A stretch of 32,000 bases of DNA from Nitrosococcus oceani ATCC 19707 (GTDB lineage: Bacteria; Pseudomonadota; Gammaproteobacteria; Nitrosococcales; Nitrosococcaceae): the NCBI RefSeq assembly GCF_000012805.1, contig NC_007484.1, positions 510,001 through 542,000 of the forward strand, read 5' to 3'. Shown here in pieces: positions 25,334 to 32,000 of the stretch (position 1 is the stretch's first letter; the number at the start of each line of letters is the position of its first letter). Below the pieces are notes generated by a model. The model searched no databases and was not told the origin of the DNA. It saw only the letters and a program-made list of their open reading frames with translations. A program made the translations under genes and the position numbers.

Positions 25334-26068
25334 CTATTCCAAGAAATGTCCGCAGCCACGATATGTTTTATCCGCCAATTTGAGAATCACTTGGGCTTGG
25401 AACTGTTCACCGCTCATGCTGTCAATGCAGGTTCCCGGTGTGATTAGGATCCGTAGTCTATGTGTCCCTGTTTTGGTTTCGTAGATAGTGCTTTCGCCGC
25501 TTGTTGTTGGATTCATCTCAGGTAGAGGAATCCTGGTCTTACCATAATCCATCAGCAGATGGATTTCGCCTTTCTTGATGATTTCCATTATCCAGCCCGG
25601 CTCGTTGCCAGTAGCACGGAAACCCACAGGCCAGAAAGAGTTTGGAATGCGCGCCTCGCGTTCCTGGTTGCGGCGGCAACCCTGATAGCGTTTGTCGTTG
25701 ATCTCGAGTATGGCGCTATCGCCCTTATGCCAAAAGAGCATCTTTTTTCCTTTATATTTAGCGCCGGACGCGGCGCGTACTTGAGCTAATGTCTCGCTGC
25801 GGCCCTAGGGAAGATACAGAGTAATTTTGTCGGGATCGCTAACTGTGCTAAGGACAAGGTCGTCACACTCAAATACCCAAGGGCGAGGAGGTTTTTGCTT
25901 TACGTTTGGTGGGAGCGCCACGCGTTTCCAGGAACTTACCGTTCCAGAGATAATTTTTTTCTGCAATCCCTAATGGGAGTTGTTGTTTACTGGCTGGTCG
26001 GCAGAATGACTACAGGCGATTAGAATTGCGAGCCCCATAACCGTCAATATGAACTTTATTTTAGACAT
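25334..26068 (-). pseudogene. Lipoprotein with MliC-like and COG3650-like (GNEPGW) domains, interrupted by two in-frame TAG codons
   Basis: One continuous frame runs from ATG 26068 (MSKIKFILTVMGLAILIA-C, lipobox) to TAG 25334-25336. The only interruptions are TAG at 25970-25972 and TAG at 25805-25807. The MliC-like block 'FECDDLVLSTVSDPDKITLYLP*GRSETLAQVRAASGAKYKGKKMLFWHKGDSAILEINDKRYQGC' spans the second stop. Confidence 0.7.
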
Positions 26069-26560
26069 AATTAGGATTGATATTAGCATAGCGTTATAAA
26101 ATAAAATCTGATTTTTTCCTTTCTTAACAAAGCATATATTTGTGATCTTGGGATGGTTGAATTGCCAGAAGATCACCAGCATGGGAGCTGATTTATTCTA
26201 CTTCCCCATCAAGTCGCTTGTTCAGAACATAGAAATTCATAAAACACAATCTAGCACTCTCCCATCGCAAATCAGAAGTTCCATGACGCCTCTAAAAATT
26301 AGCGGAGCTAATGGAGCGGCGGTACTTGTCTTACGTAGCAATGCCAATAGATGATTAAAGTCTGTTGGTAAAAAGACGAAGTTACTAGAGGTAGGCTATC
26401 GTTTAAGAGTGGGATTGATGATTTCCAATCCATAAGTAGACAGGTTTCCTTTGATTCTCAAATTAATATCAATTTATTGAATAAATTACTCTAAAGTAAT
26501 GTTTGGGGATGAGGCTAGATTTGGGTCTTTGTTATTCTAAACTACGGGAAAGAGAAGTTT

Positions 26561-26764
26561 ATGCATAAAGTTGTGTTTGTTCTCATTGTTACAGTGATCT
26601 CTGGCTGCGCTAGCCAGGCTGGACCCTTCGTCACTAATATCAGCAGCGATGGTAGAGGTGGTCTCGTCGTAGAAAAATGTATGGTCCGGCTTGATAGAAT
26701 GATTAATACAGTAGAGGCAGCCAGCTGCACTAACACTCCGATTGCGCTCACTAACGGCAGGTAG
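26561..26764 (+). CDS. Small lipoprotein (67 aa), hypothetical
   Basis: MHKVVFVLIVTVISG-C lipobox and a weak SD 'gagaag'. The overlapping minus-strand ORFs look like shadows. Confidence 0.5.
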   Translation: MHKVVFVLIVTVISGCASQAGPFVTNISSDGRGGLVVEKCMVRLDRMINTVEAASCTNTPIALTNGR

Positions 26765-26832
26765 TTTGTTTTTGGTATGAAGCAGGTCCCATAAAATAAT
26801 CAGGGAATTAGGATGGGTAAAAAGGACATCCT

Positions 26833-27438
26833 GTGAAGAATAATTACATATTAATCGATTACGAGAATGTTCAACCAAAGAGTTTGGCTGTTCTCAAAGA
26901 TCATCCATCTAAGGTACTGGTTTTTATAGGCGCTAATCAAACTAAAGTGCCATTTGATTTTGCTTCATCGCTACAATCCTTAGGCGGCAATGCCGAGTAC
27001 GTGAAAATCGCTGGAAATGGTTCCAACGCTCTGGATTTCCATATTGCGTTCTATATAGGTCAATTAGCGGAGCGGGACCCGAAAGGCTATTTTCACATCA
27101 TCTCGAAAGATACTGGCTTTGATCCCCTTATCCGGCATTTGAAAGAAAAAAAGATATACGCTCAACGAGAAAAGGAGATATCCGAGATACCTTTTCTAGG
27201 CGTTTCGAATGCTACTTCATCCGAAGAGAAAATAGTTGCTATTGTAAAAAGCCTTTCCTCGCGTGGTCATTCCCGGCCCCGCAAGGTTAAAACTTTAGCA
27301 AATACGATCAACGCATTGTTCATGAAAAAGCTTGGAGAAACTGAATTAATGCGTTTGATTGAACAATTGCGCCAGCAGAAATATATTGTGATAGAGAACG
27401 AAAATGTTAGTTATAAACCACCCATTAGCCATCCCTAA
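26833..27438 (+). CDS. PIN-like (NYN-type) domain protein with a C-terminal helical/wHTH-like tail
   Basis: The start is GTG. The N-terminus 'ILIDYENVQPK...VLVFIGANQ...GSNALDFHIAFYIGQ...FHIISKDTGFDPLIRHL' fits the PIN-like/NYN pattern of acidic residues. Confidence 0.65.
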   Translation: MKNNYILIDYENVQPKSLAVLKDHPSKVLVFIGANQTKVPFDFASSLQSLGGNAEYVKIAGNGSNALDFHIAFYIGQLAERDPKGYFHIISKDTGFDPLIRHLKEKKIYAQREKEISEIPFLGVSNATSSEEKIVAIVKSLSSRGHSRPRKVKTLANTINALFMKKLGETELMRLIEQLRQQKYIVIENENVSYKPPISHP

Positions 27439-27800
27439 CAAGGCCGTGAATCGATTGCCTCACTGGTTTTATTCTGTAGGAAATTCCGGCTGAGCGTTCT
27501 GGACGTTAAGATGGAGGCAAGAGGTGTTGCCTTCTCGGTATCAGCGGTCCCAGTACAGGTCTTCCACGGAGGTTTTGCCACTAACTTCTGCCTCTCTCCT
27601 CTAAGCTCCTTCGAAGGAGTACAGGGATGTACGACGACCCCCTAGCGAGAGTGCGAAGTGGAACGGCGCATCGAGCGCGAGGGTCCCATAAAGTGATGTT
27701 GGCGGCGGGCAAAATTCGCGGTAAAATAAGCGCGGCTAGAGGGTGCTTGCAACACCACCTAGCCACTTGCCACCGACCCAATGAGAAAAGCATTGAGGCC

Positions 27801-28979
27801 ATGACCGAGCACGATTCTACCACTGTTCAGCGGTCCTATACATTCCGCTTCTACCCCACGAGTGTCCAGCGCCAGCAACTGGCTATGGAATTCGGCCATG
27901 CCCGGTGGGTATGGAACACCTGTCTGACCTGGCGGGGCCGTCAATATAGGGTACATGACAAGCGCGTGACTGGCGTTGATTTTAGCCGCCAGCTCACGTT
28001 CCTCAAAGGGTTAGGCCCGTACGCTTGGCTCAAGGAGGCCAGCGCCACCTGCCTGATCCAAAAGCTCAGGGACCAGGACACGGCCTTCAGGCATTTTTTT
28101 GCGGGGCGAGCGAAGTATCCCCGTTTCAAAAAAAGAACGCATACCCAAAGCATCCGCTATCAACTCGATCAACGTCAGGTAGCAGGCATGTATCGAGCGG
28201 GCGAGTTTCTTAAATTGCCCAAACTCGGGGCACTCAAGCTCAAGTGGTCCCGCAAGCCCCAGGGCATCCCCAAGATGGTGACGGTCACCCAGGATTGCGT
28301 CGGCCGTTATTGTGTTTCGTTCATGTGCGAGGAAACCCTCCAACCCCTACCGCGAAAGCCAAACGGTATCGGTGTTGATTTAGGGGTGTGCGATGTGGTG
28401 GTGACCTCCGAGGGCTGGAAGTCCGGTAATCCTCGGCACCTACGCACGCATACCCGGCAACTCAGAAAAACCCAGCGCAGGCTATCCCGCAAGCGTAAGA
28501 GCAGTGTTCGTTGGCATCGTCAGCGGATACGGGTTGCTAAAGCTCATGCCAGGGTGAGCAATACCCGCCAGGATTGGCTGCACAAGCTCACCACGGCGCT
28601 GATTCGCCAGGCGGGGTTCATTGCCATGGAAACGCTCAACGTCAGGGGCATGATGGCCAATAGACGGCTATCCAAGGCGTTGGGCGATGTGGGGATGCAT
28701 GAACTCAAGCGGCAAATGGAATACAAGGCTAAGTGGTATGGCCGCGAGTTTAGGCAAGTAGACCGCTGGGCGCCCACCAGTAAAACGTGCTCGGTGTGTG
28801 GCGCAGTGCAAAAAGCCATGCCGCTCAAGGTCCGCGAGTGGACCTGCCCGGACTGCCAAACAGCCCATGACCGCGACATCAACGCGGCCAGAAATATTTT
28901 AATTTTAGCTACCGGCGGGAGGCCGGGAAGTCATGCGCGTGGAGGAGTATACCAACCGGCGGCGGCTTATGGCTGCTAA
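27801..28979 (+). CDS. tnpB: TnpB (OrfB) RNA-guided endonuclease, apparently intact
   Basis: ATG 27801 gives MTEHDSTTVQRSYTFRFYPT... RuvC-I is IGVDLGV and RuvC-II is IAMETLNVRGM. The zinc ribbon is CSVCG...CPDC and RuvC-III is HDRDINAARNI. The track start at 27627 is an upstream extension across the left end. Confidence 0.9.
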   Translation: MTEHDSTTVQRSYTFRFYPTSVQRQQLAMEFGHARWVWNTCLTWRGRQYRVHDKRVTGVDFSRQLTFLKGLGPYAWLKEASATCLIQKLRDQDTAFRHFFAGRAKYPRFKKRTHTQSIRYQLDQRQVAGMYRAGEFLKLPKLGALKLKWSRKPQGIPKMVTVTQDCVGRYCVSFMCEETLQPLPRKPNGIGVDLGVCDVVVTSEGWKSGNPRHLRTHTRQLRKTQRRLSRKRKSSVRWHRQRIRVAKAHARVSNTRQDWLHKLTTALIRQAGFIAMETLNVRGMMANRRLSKALGDVGMHELKRQMEYKAKWYGREFRQVDRWAPTSKTCSVCGAVQKAMPLKVREWTCPDCQTAHDRDINAARNILILATGGRPGSHARGGVYQPAAAYGC

Positions 28980-29062
28980 AGGACTCCATGGAAACGCGAA
29001 TTGCAGCAAGGCGAGTGAGCTTGTCGGGAACAAGCGAATGAGGCTTAGCCGCAAACTCCAAA
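28913..29062 (+). ncRNA. Predicted omega-RNA (reRNA) scaffold region of the TnpB element
   Basis: Position follows characterised TnpB systems (3' end of tnpB plus right end). This stretch is exactly the part conserved in the tnpB-less miniature copy, including a hairpin with compensatory changes. Confidence 0.4.
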
Positions 29063-29207
29063 CATAATAAGTATGACCGTTAATATATTGGCTTTTGGTA
29101 GCGGGAAAACCTTTCTTACCAAGCCCTGGCCAGCGCAGATCATCTCATCCCTATAGGGTCAAGCCTTGTGGTTTGTTTGCTTTTAATCTTATGGTAGGGT
29201 TGAACTC

Positions 29208-29449
29208 ATGGTTCGGCCTTTACGTATTGAATTTCCCTGACACCTTTTATTATGTGGCTTTCTGCGGCCCGCAGCAAAACCCCTAAAGTTCTTTCCAAAA
29301 GGCATTGTGACCAAGATGAGGCTATTTGCGGGCCTATGCTAGTGGTGGGCGCACGATGAAGGAAATAGGCGCTCGCTTTGATCTTCGTTATTCTCGTGCC
29401 AACCAAATTATTAGGGCCGTGGGGGAAGCCAAGAGATAAAGAAACGATG
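29208..29449 (+). pseudogene. Internally deleted, frameshifted relic of a COG1943/RAYT-like Y1 transposase with a C-terminal HTH
   Basis: The N-terminal signature is 'MVRPLRIEFP', then (after a frame change) 'DTFYYVA'. The C-terminal signature is 'DEAIC', then (after a frame change) 'RAYASGGRTMKEIGARFDLRYSRANQIIRAVGEAKR*'. The catalytic core between them is missing. Confidence 0.5.
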
Positions 29450-29511
29450 ATGAGTACTTCTTATTCGCGCTTCAGGCTGTAAAATCTAGGGAAAATAGAA
29501 GTTTAATCTTG

Positions 29512-29563
29512 CAAGGGCGGGAACCATCGGGATCTTCCAGAGGTTCTATGGTCTACGCCCTTG
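29512..29563 (+). promoter_or_regulatory. Stem-loop in the gcvT leader (terminator/attenuator-like)
   Basis: The outer stem is caagggcg / cgcccttg and the inner stem ggaacc / ggttc. It is followed by 'tttaatattctt' and then the gcvT SD 'gaggagg'. Confidence 0.35.
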
Positions 29564-29590
29564 TTTAATATTCTTGAGGAGGAGTGTGTC

Positions 29591-30706
29591 ATGGGAAAAC
29601 ATACGGCGATATTTGATCTGCATCGCTCGGCGGGAGCCCGGTTAGTGGACTTTGCCGGCTGGGATATGCCTTTGCACTACGGTTCCCAAGTGGCAGAGCA
29701 TCAAGCGGTGCGCCAAGGGGTGGGGATATTCGATGTTTCCCATATGACCGTGATAGAGCTTAAAGGCGAGAAGGTACGTCCTTTTTTACACCAGTTGCTA
29801 GCTAATAACGTGGACCGTTTAACCGTCCCTGGCACGGCGCTGTATAGCTGTATGCTTAATACGGAGGGTGGAGTTATTGATGACCTTATTGTTTACCTGA
29901 TGGCGGAGCAAGAATTTCGTGTGGTCTCTAATGCGGGAACCCGGGATAAGGTCTTGGCTTGGATTGAATCTCACGCCGCTCCCTTCAAAGTTCAAGTGGA
30001 AGAGCGTCCTGAGTTGGCGATGATCGCCGTCCAAGGACCCGAAGCTCGTGCCCAGGTCCACGGCCAGTTACCCGAATCTTTAAAGGAAAAAGTTGTTAAC
30101 CTTAAGCGCTTTCAGGCTACCTGGGAGGAGGGGCTTTTTGTTGCCCGTACCGGCTATACGGGGGAGGACGGTTATGAATTACTGTTATCAGGCTCACAAG
30201 CCCAAGACTGGTGGCGGCGCTTGCAGGCAGGCGGGGCGAAGCCCTGTGGCCTTGGGGCGAGGGATACCTTAAGGCTAGAAGCAGGAATGTGTCTGTATGG
30301 GGCAGATATGGATGAGACCACAACCCCCCTGGAATCAGGTCTTGGATGGACGGTCGCCTGGAAACCCCCGGAGCGGGATTTTATAGGTCGTGCGGTTTTG
30401 GAAGCCCAGCAAGCTGCGGGTTGCCCCCATCAACAAGTGGGCTTATTGCTCCAGGGCAAGGGGCTCATGCGCAATGGGCAGACCATCACCACTAACTTGG
30501 GGGAAGGCGTGGTGACCAGTGGTGGGTTTTCTCCCAGTTTGGAGCGATCCATCGCCCTTGCCCGGGTGCCAGTCGGCGCTGATGGCCCCTGTGAAGTCCA
30601 GATCCGGGGGCGGGCGGTACCAGCCGCTATGGTCAAACCTCCCTTTGTTCGCAATGGCCGAGCCTGTGTACCAGCAGAGCTCATGGAACCCATCGAGGTA
30701 AGTTAG
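29591..30706 (+). CDS. gcvT: Glycine cleavage system T protein (aminomethyltransferase)
   Basis: ATG 29591 has the SD 'gaggagg'. The sequence is [52 protein letters not shown]..., with [10 protein letters not shown] and [18 protein letters not shown]. Confidence 0.9.
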   Translation: MGKHTAIFDLHRSAGARLVDFAGWDMPLHYGSQVAEHQAVRQGVGIFDVSHMTVIELKGEKVRPFLHQLLANNVDRLTVPGTALYSCMLNTEGGVIDDLIVYLMAEQEFRVVSNAGTRDKVLAWIESHAAPFKVQVEERPELAMIAVQGPEARAQVHGQLPESLKEKVVNLKRFQATWEEGLFVARTGYTGEDGYELLLSGSQAQDWWRRLQAGGAKPCGLGARDTLRLEAGMCLYGADMDETTTPLESGLGWTVAWKPPERDFIGRAVLEAQQAAGCPHQQVGLLLQGKGLMRNGQTITTNLGEGVVTSGGFSPSLERSIALARVPVGADGPCEVQIRGRAVPAAMVKPPFVRNGRACVPAELMEPIEVS

Positions 30707-32000
30707 GCCAGGGAGTTTAGTTTCTCCCGCCCCCGTTGGATGGCCGCACGCACCTGGGCGGGCGCGGTACCTCCCAGGTGATTTCTTGCCGCCACTGAGC
30801 CTTCTAGGGTCAGGACATCAAAGACATCTTCCTCGATAACAGGAGAGAAGTCTTGGAGGGTAGCCAACTTGAGGGCGGCCAGATCTTTGCTTTGTTCGAT
30901 GGCAAGGGCCACGGCTTTGCCCACGATTTCGTGGGCATCCCGGAATGAAACGCCTTTGCGTACCAGATAGTCAGCAAGATCGGTTGCGGTCGCATAGCCT
31001 TTAGTTGCTGCTTCCCGCATTTTATCGGGATTGGTTGTGATTGCTGGGATCATATCCGCAAAGGCCCGCAGGCATCCCAAGAGAGTATCAACGGTGTCAA
31101 AGAGCGGTTCTTTGTCTTCCTGGTTATCCTTGTTATAAGCCAGCGGTTGGCCTTTCATCAGGGTGAGAAGACTCACTAAATGACCGTTGACCCGCCCTGT
31201 TTTTCCCCTTACCAATTCTGGTACATCCGGGTTTTTTTTCTGGGGCATAATGGAAGAGCCCGTGCAGAATCGATCCGGCAGGGTGATAAAGTCGAATTGG
31301 GCTGAGGACCAGAGCACCAATTCCTCGGCGAACCGGGACAAATGGGTCATAAGAAGGGCGCCAGCGGCGGTAAACTCAATGGCAAAATCCCGATCAGATA
31401 CGGCATCCAATGAGTTTTCCGCTATACCATCAAAGCCTAGTAGCTCGGCTGTATAGGCCCGATCGATGGGGAAGGTAGTTCCCGCTAATGCCGCTGCTCC
31501 CAAGGGCAAAACATTAACCCGGTGGCGGCAGTCTGCGAGACGCCCGGTATCTCTTAGCAGCATCTCAAACCAGGCCATTAAATGATGGCCAAAAGTGACC
31601 GGTTGCGCTGTTTGTAGGTGAGTAAACCCTGGCATGATGGTGGCTGCTTCCCGCTCGGCTATCGCTAGCAATCCTTCTTGCAAGCGCTGTAGCTGGGCGG
31701 TGATAAGATCAATGGCATCTCGTAGATACAGCCGGATATCGGTGGCGATCTGATCATTTCGGGAGCGGCCGGTATGGAGCTTTTTTCCGACGGGGCCAAT
31801 ACGCTCGGTAAGGGCGGCTTCAATGTTCATATGCACATCTTCAAGGGCTACAGACCAGGAAAATTGCCCTCGGCTGATGTCTTGAGCAATAGTTTCTAGA
31901 CCTTGGATGATGGCATCGCATTCCTCCCTGGAGAGTACGCCCACCTTGGCTAGCATACGAGCGTGGGCGATGGAACCGTGGATATCTTGCCGGTAAAGCC
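30703..32000 (-). CDS. argH: Argininosuccinate lyase; N-terminus beyond the window edge
   Basis: The frame stays open past the track start (..[20 protein letters not shown]..). Signatures are 'TGRSRNDQ', '[10 protein letters not shown]' and '[12 protein letters not shown]'. It is convergent with gcvT, with a 4-nt overlap. Confidence 0.95.
   Translation of the reverse strand, partial: LYRQDIHGSIAHARMLAKVGVLSREECDAIIQGLETIAQDISRGQFSWSVALEDVHMNIEAALTERIGPVGKKLHTGRSRNDQIATDIRLYLRDAIDLITAQLQRLQEGLLAIAEREAATIMPGFTHLQTAQPVTFGHHLMAWFEMLLRDTGRLADCRHRVNVLPLGAAALAGTTFPIDRAYTAELLGFDGIAENSLDAVSDRDFAIEFTAAGALLMTHLSRFAEELVLWSSAQFDFITLPDRFCTGSSIMPQKKNPDVPELVRGKTGRVNGHLVSLLTLMKGQPLAYNKDNQEDKEPLFDTVDTLLGCLRAFADMIPAITTNPDKMREAATKGYATATDLADYLVRKGVSFRDAHEIVGKAVALAIEQSKDLAALKLATLQDFSPVIEEDVFDVLTLEGSVAARNHLGGTAPAQVRAAIQRGREKLNSLA

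Larger units (their letters stand above)
27604..29062 (+). mobile_element. IS200/IS605-family element carrying tnpB only (IS1341-like organisation); left boundary uncertain (27604-27634)
   Basis: It is a GC-rich insert in lower-GC DNA. A perfect palindrome 'ctccttcgaaggag' lies at 27604-17 and the left-end block at 27634-83. tnpB is intact. The right-end hairpin is at 29019-29035. The right boundary at ~29061 is defined by comparison with the miniature copy. Confidence 0.75.

Noticed and set aside
26537-26878. Minus-strand ORFs 26537..26878 and 26542..26751
   Set aside because: They overlap the small lipoprotein ORF and the start of the PIN-like gene. They have no export or family signals, so I preferred the plus-strand lipobox-containing ORF, at only moderate confidence.

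Overview
This is a mosaic bacterial (proteobacterium-like) chromosomal window. I recognised no rRNA, tRNA or CRISPR array. All calls come from reading the sequence and from remembered family motifs; no database search was run.

(1) 1-7294, GC-rich. Seven translationally coupled genes encode complex I membrane subunits only, in the order nuoA-H-J-K-L-M-N. There is no room for nuoB-G or nuoI. NuoA, NuoH and NuoN carry substitutions at family-conserved charged positions, and nuoL is split over three reading frames.

(2) ~7300-21790, visibly AT-rich accessory block of exported, envelope and stress-type genes:
- two DUF1328 mini-proteins missed by the ORF track
- two paralogous secreted proteins and several lipoproteins
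- a PRC-barrel protein and a di-haem CCP-like cytochrome
- AsmA-family, LysM and AI-2E transporter genes
- a Met/His-rich 11-aa-repeat periplasmic protein

The block is built around a diverged tandem duplication that includes a 150-nt relic of the nuoN 3' end.

(3) 21800-22076. A tnpB-less miniature derivative of an IS200/IS605-family element. The full copy (intact tnpB, no tnpA) lies at ~27604-29062. The miniature keeps the left-end block and the omega-RNA-coding right end.

(4) 22077-25197. A GLYK-type glycerate-kinase-like gene, glcD without glcEF, and a VOC protein.

(5) 25334-27438. An MliC/COG3650-type lipoprotein gene interrupted only by two in-frame TAG codons, a small lipoprotein, and a PIN-like protein.

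(6) 29208-32000. A RAYT-like transposase relic, then gcvT and a 5'-truncated argH.
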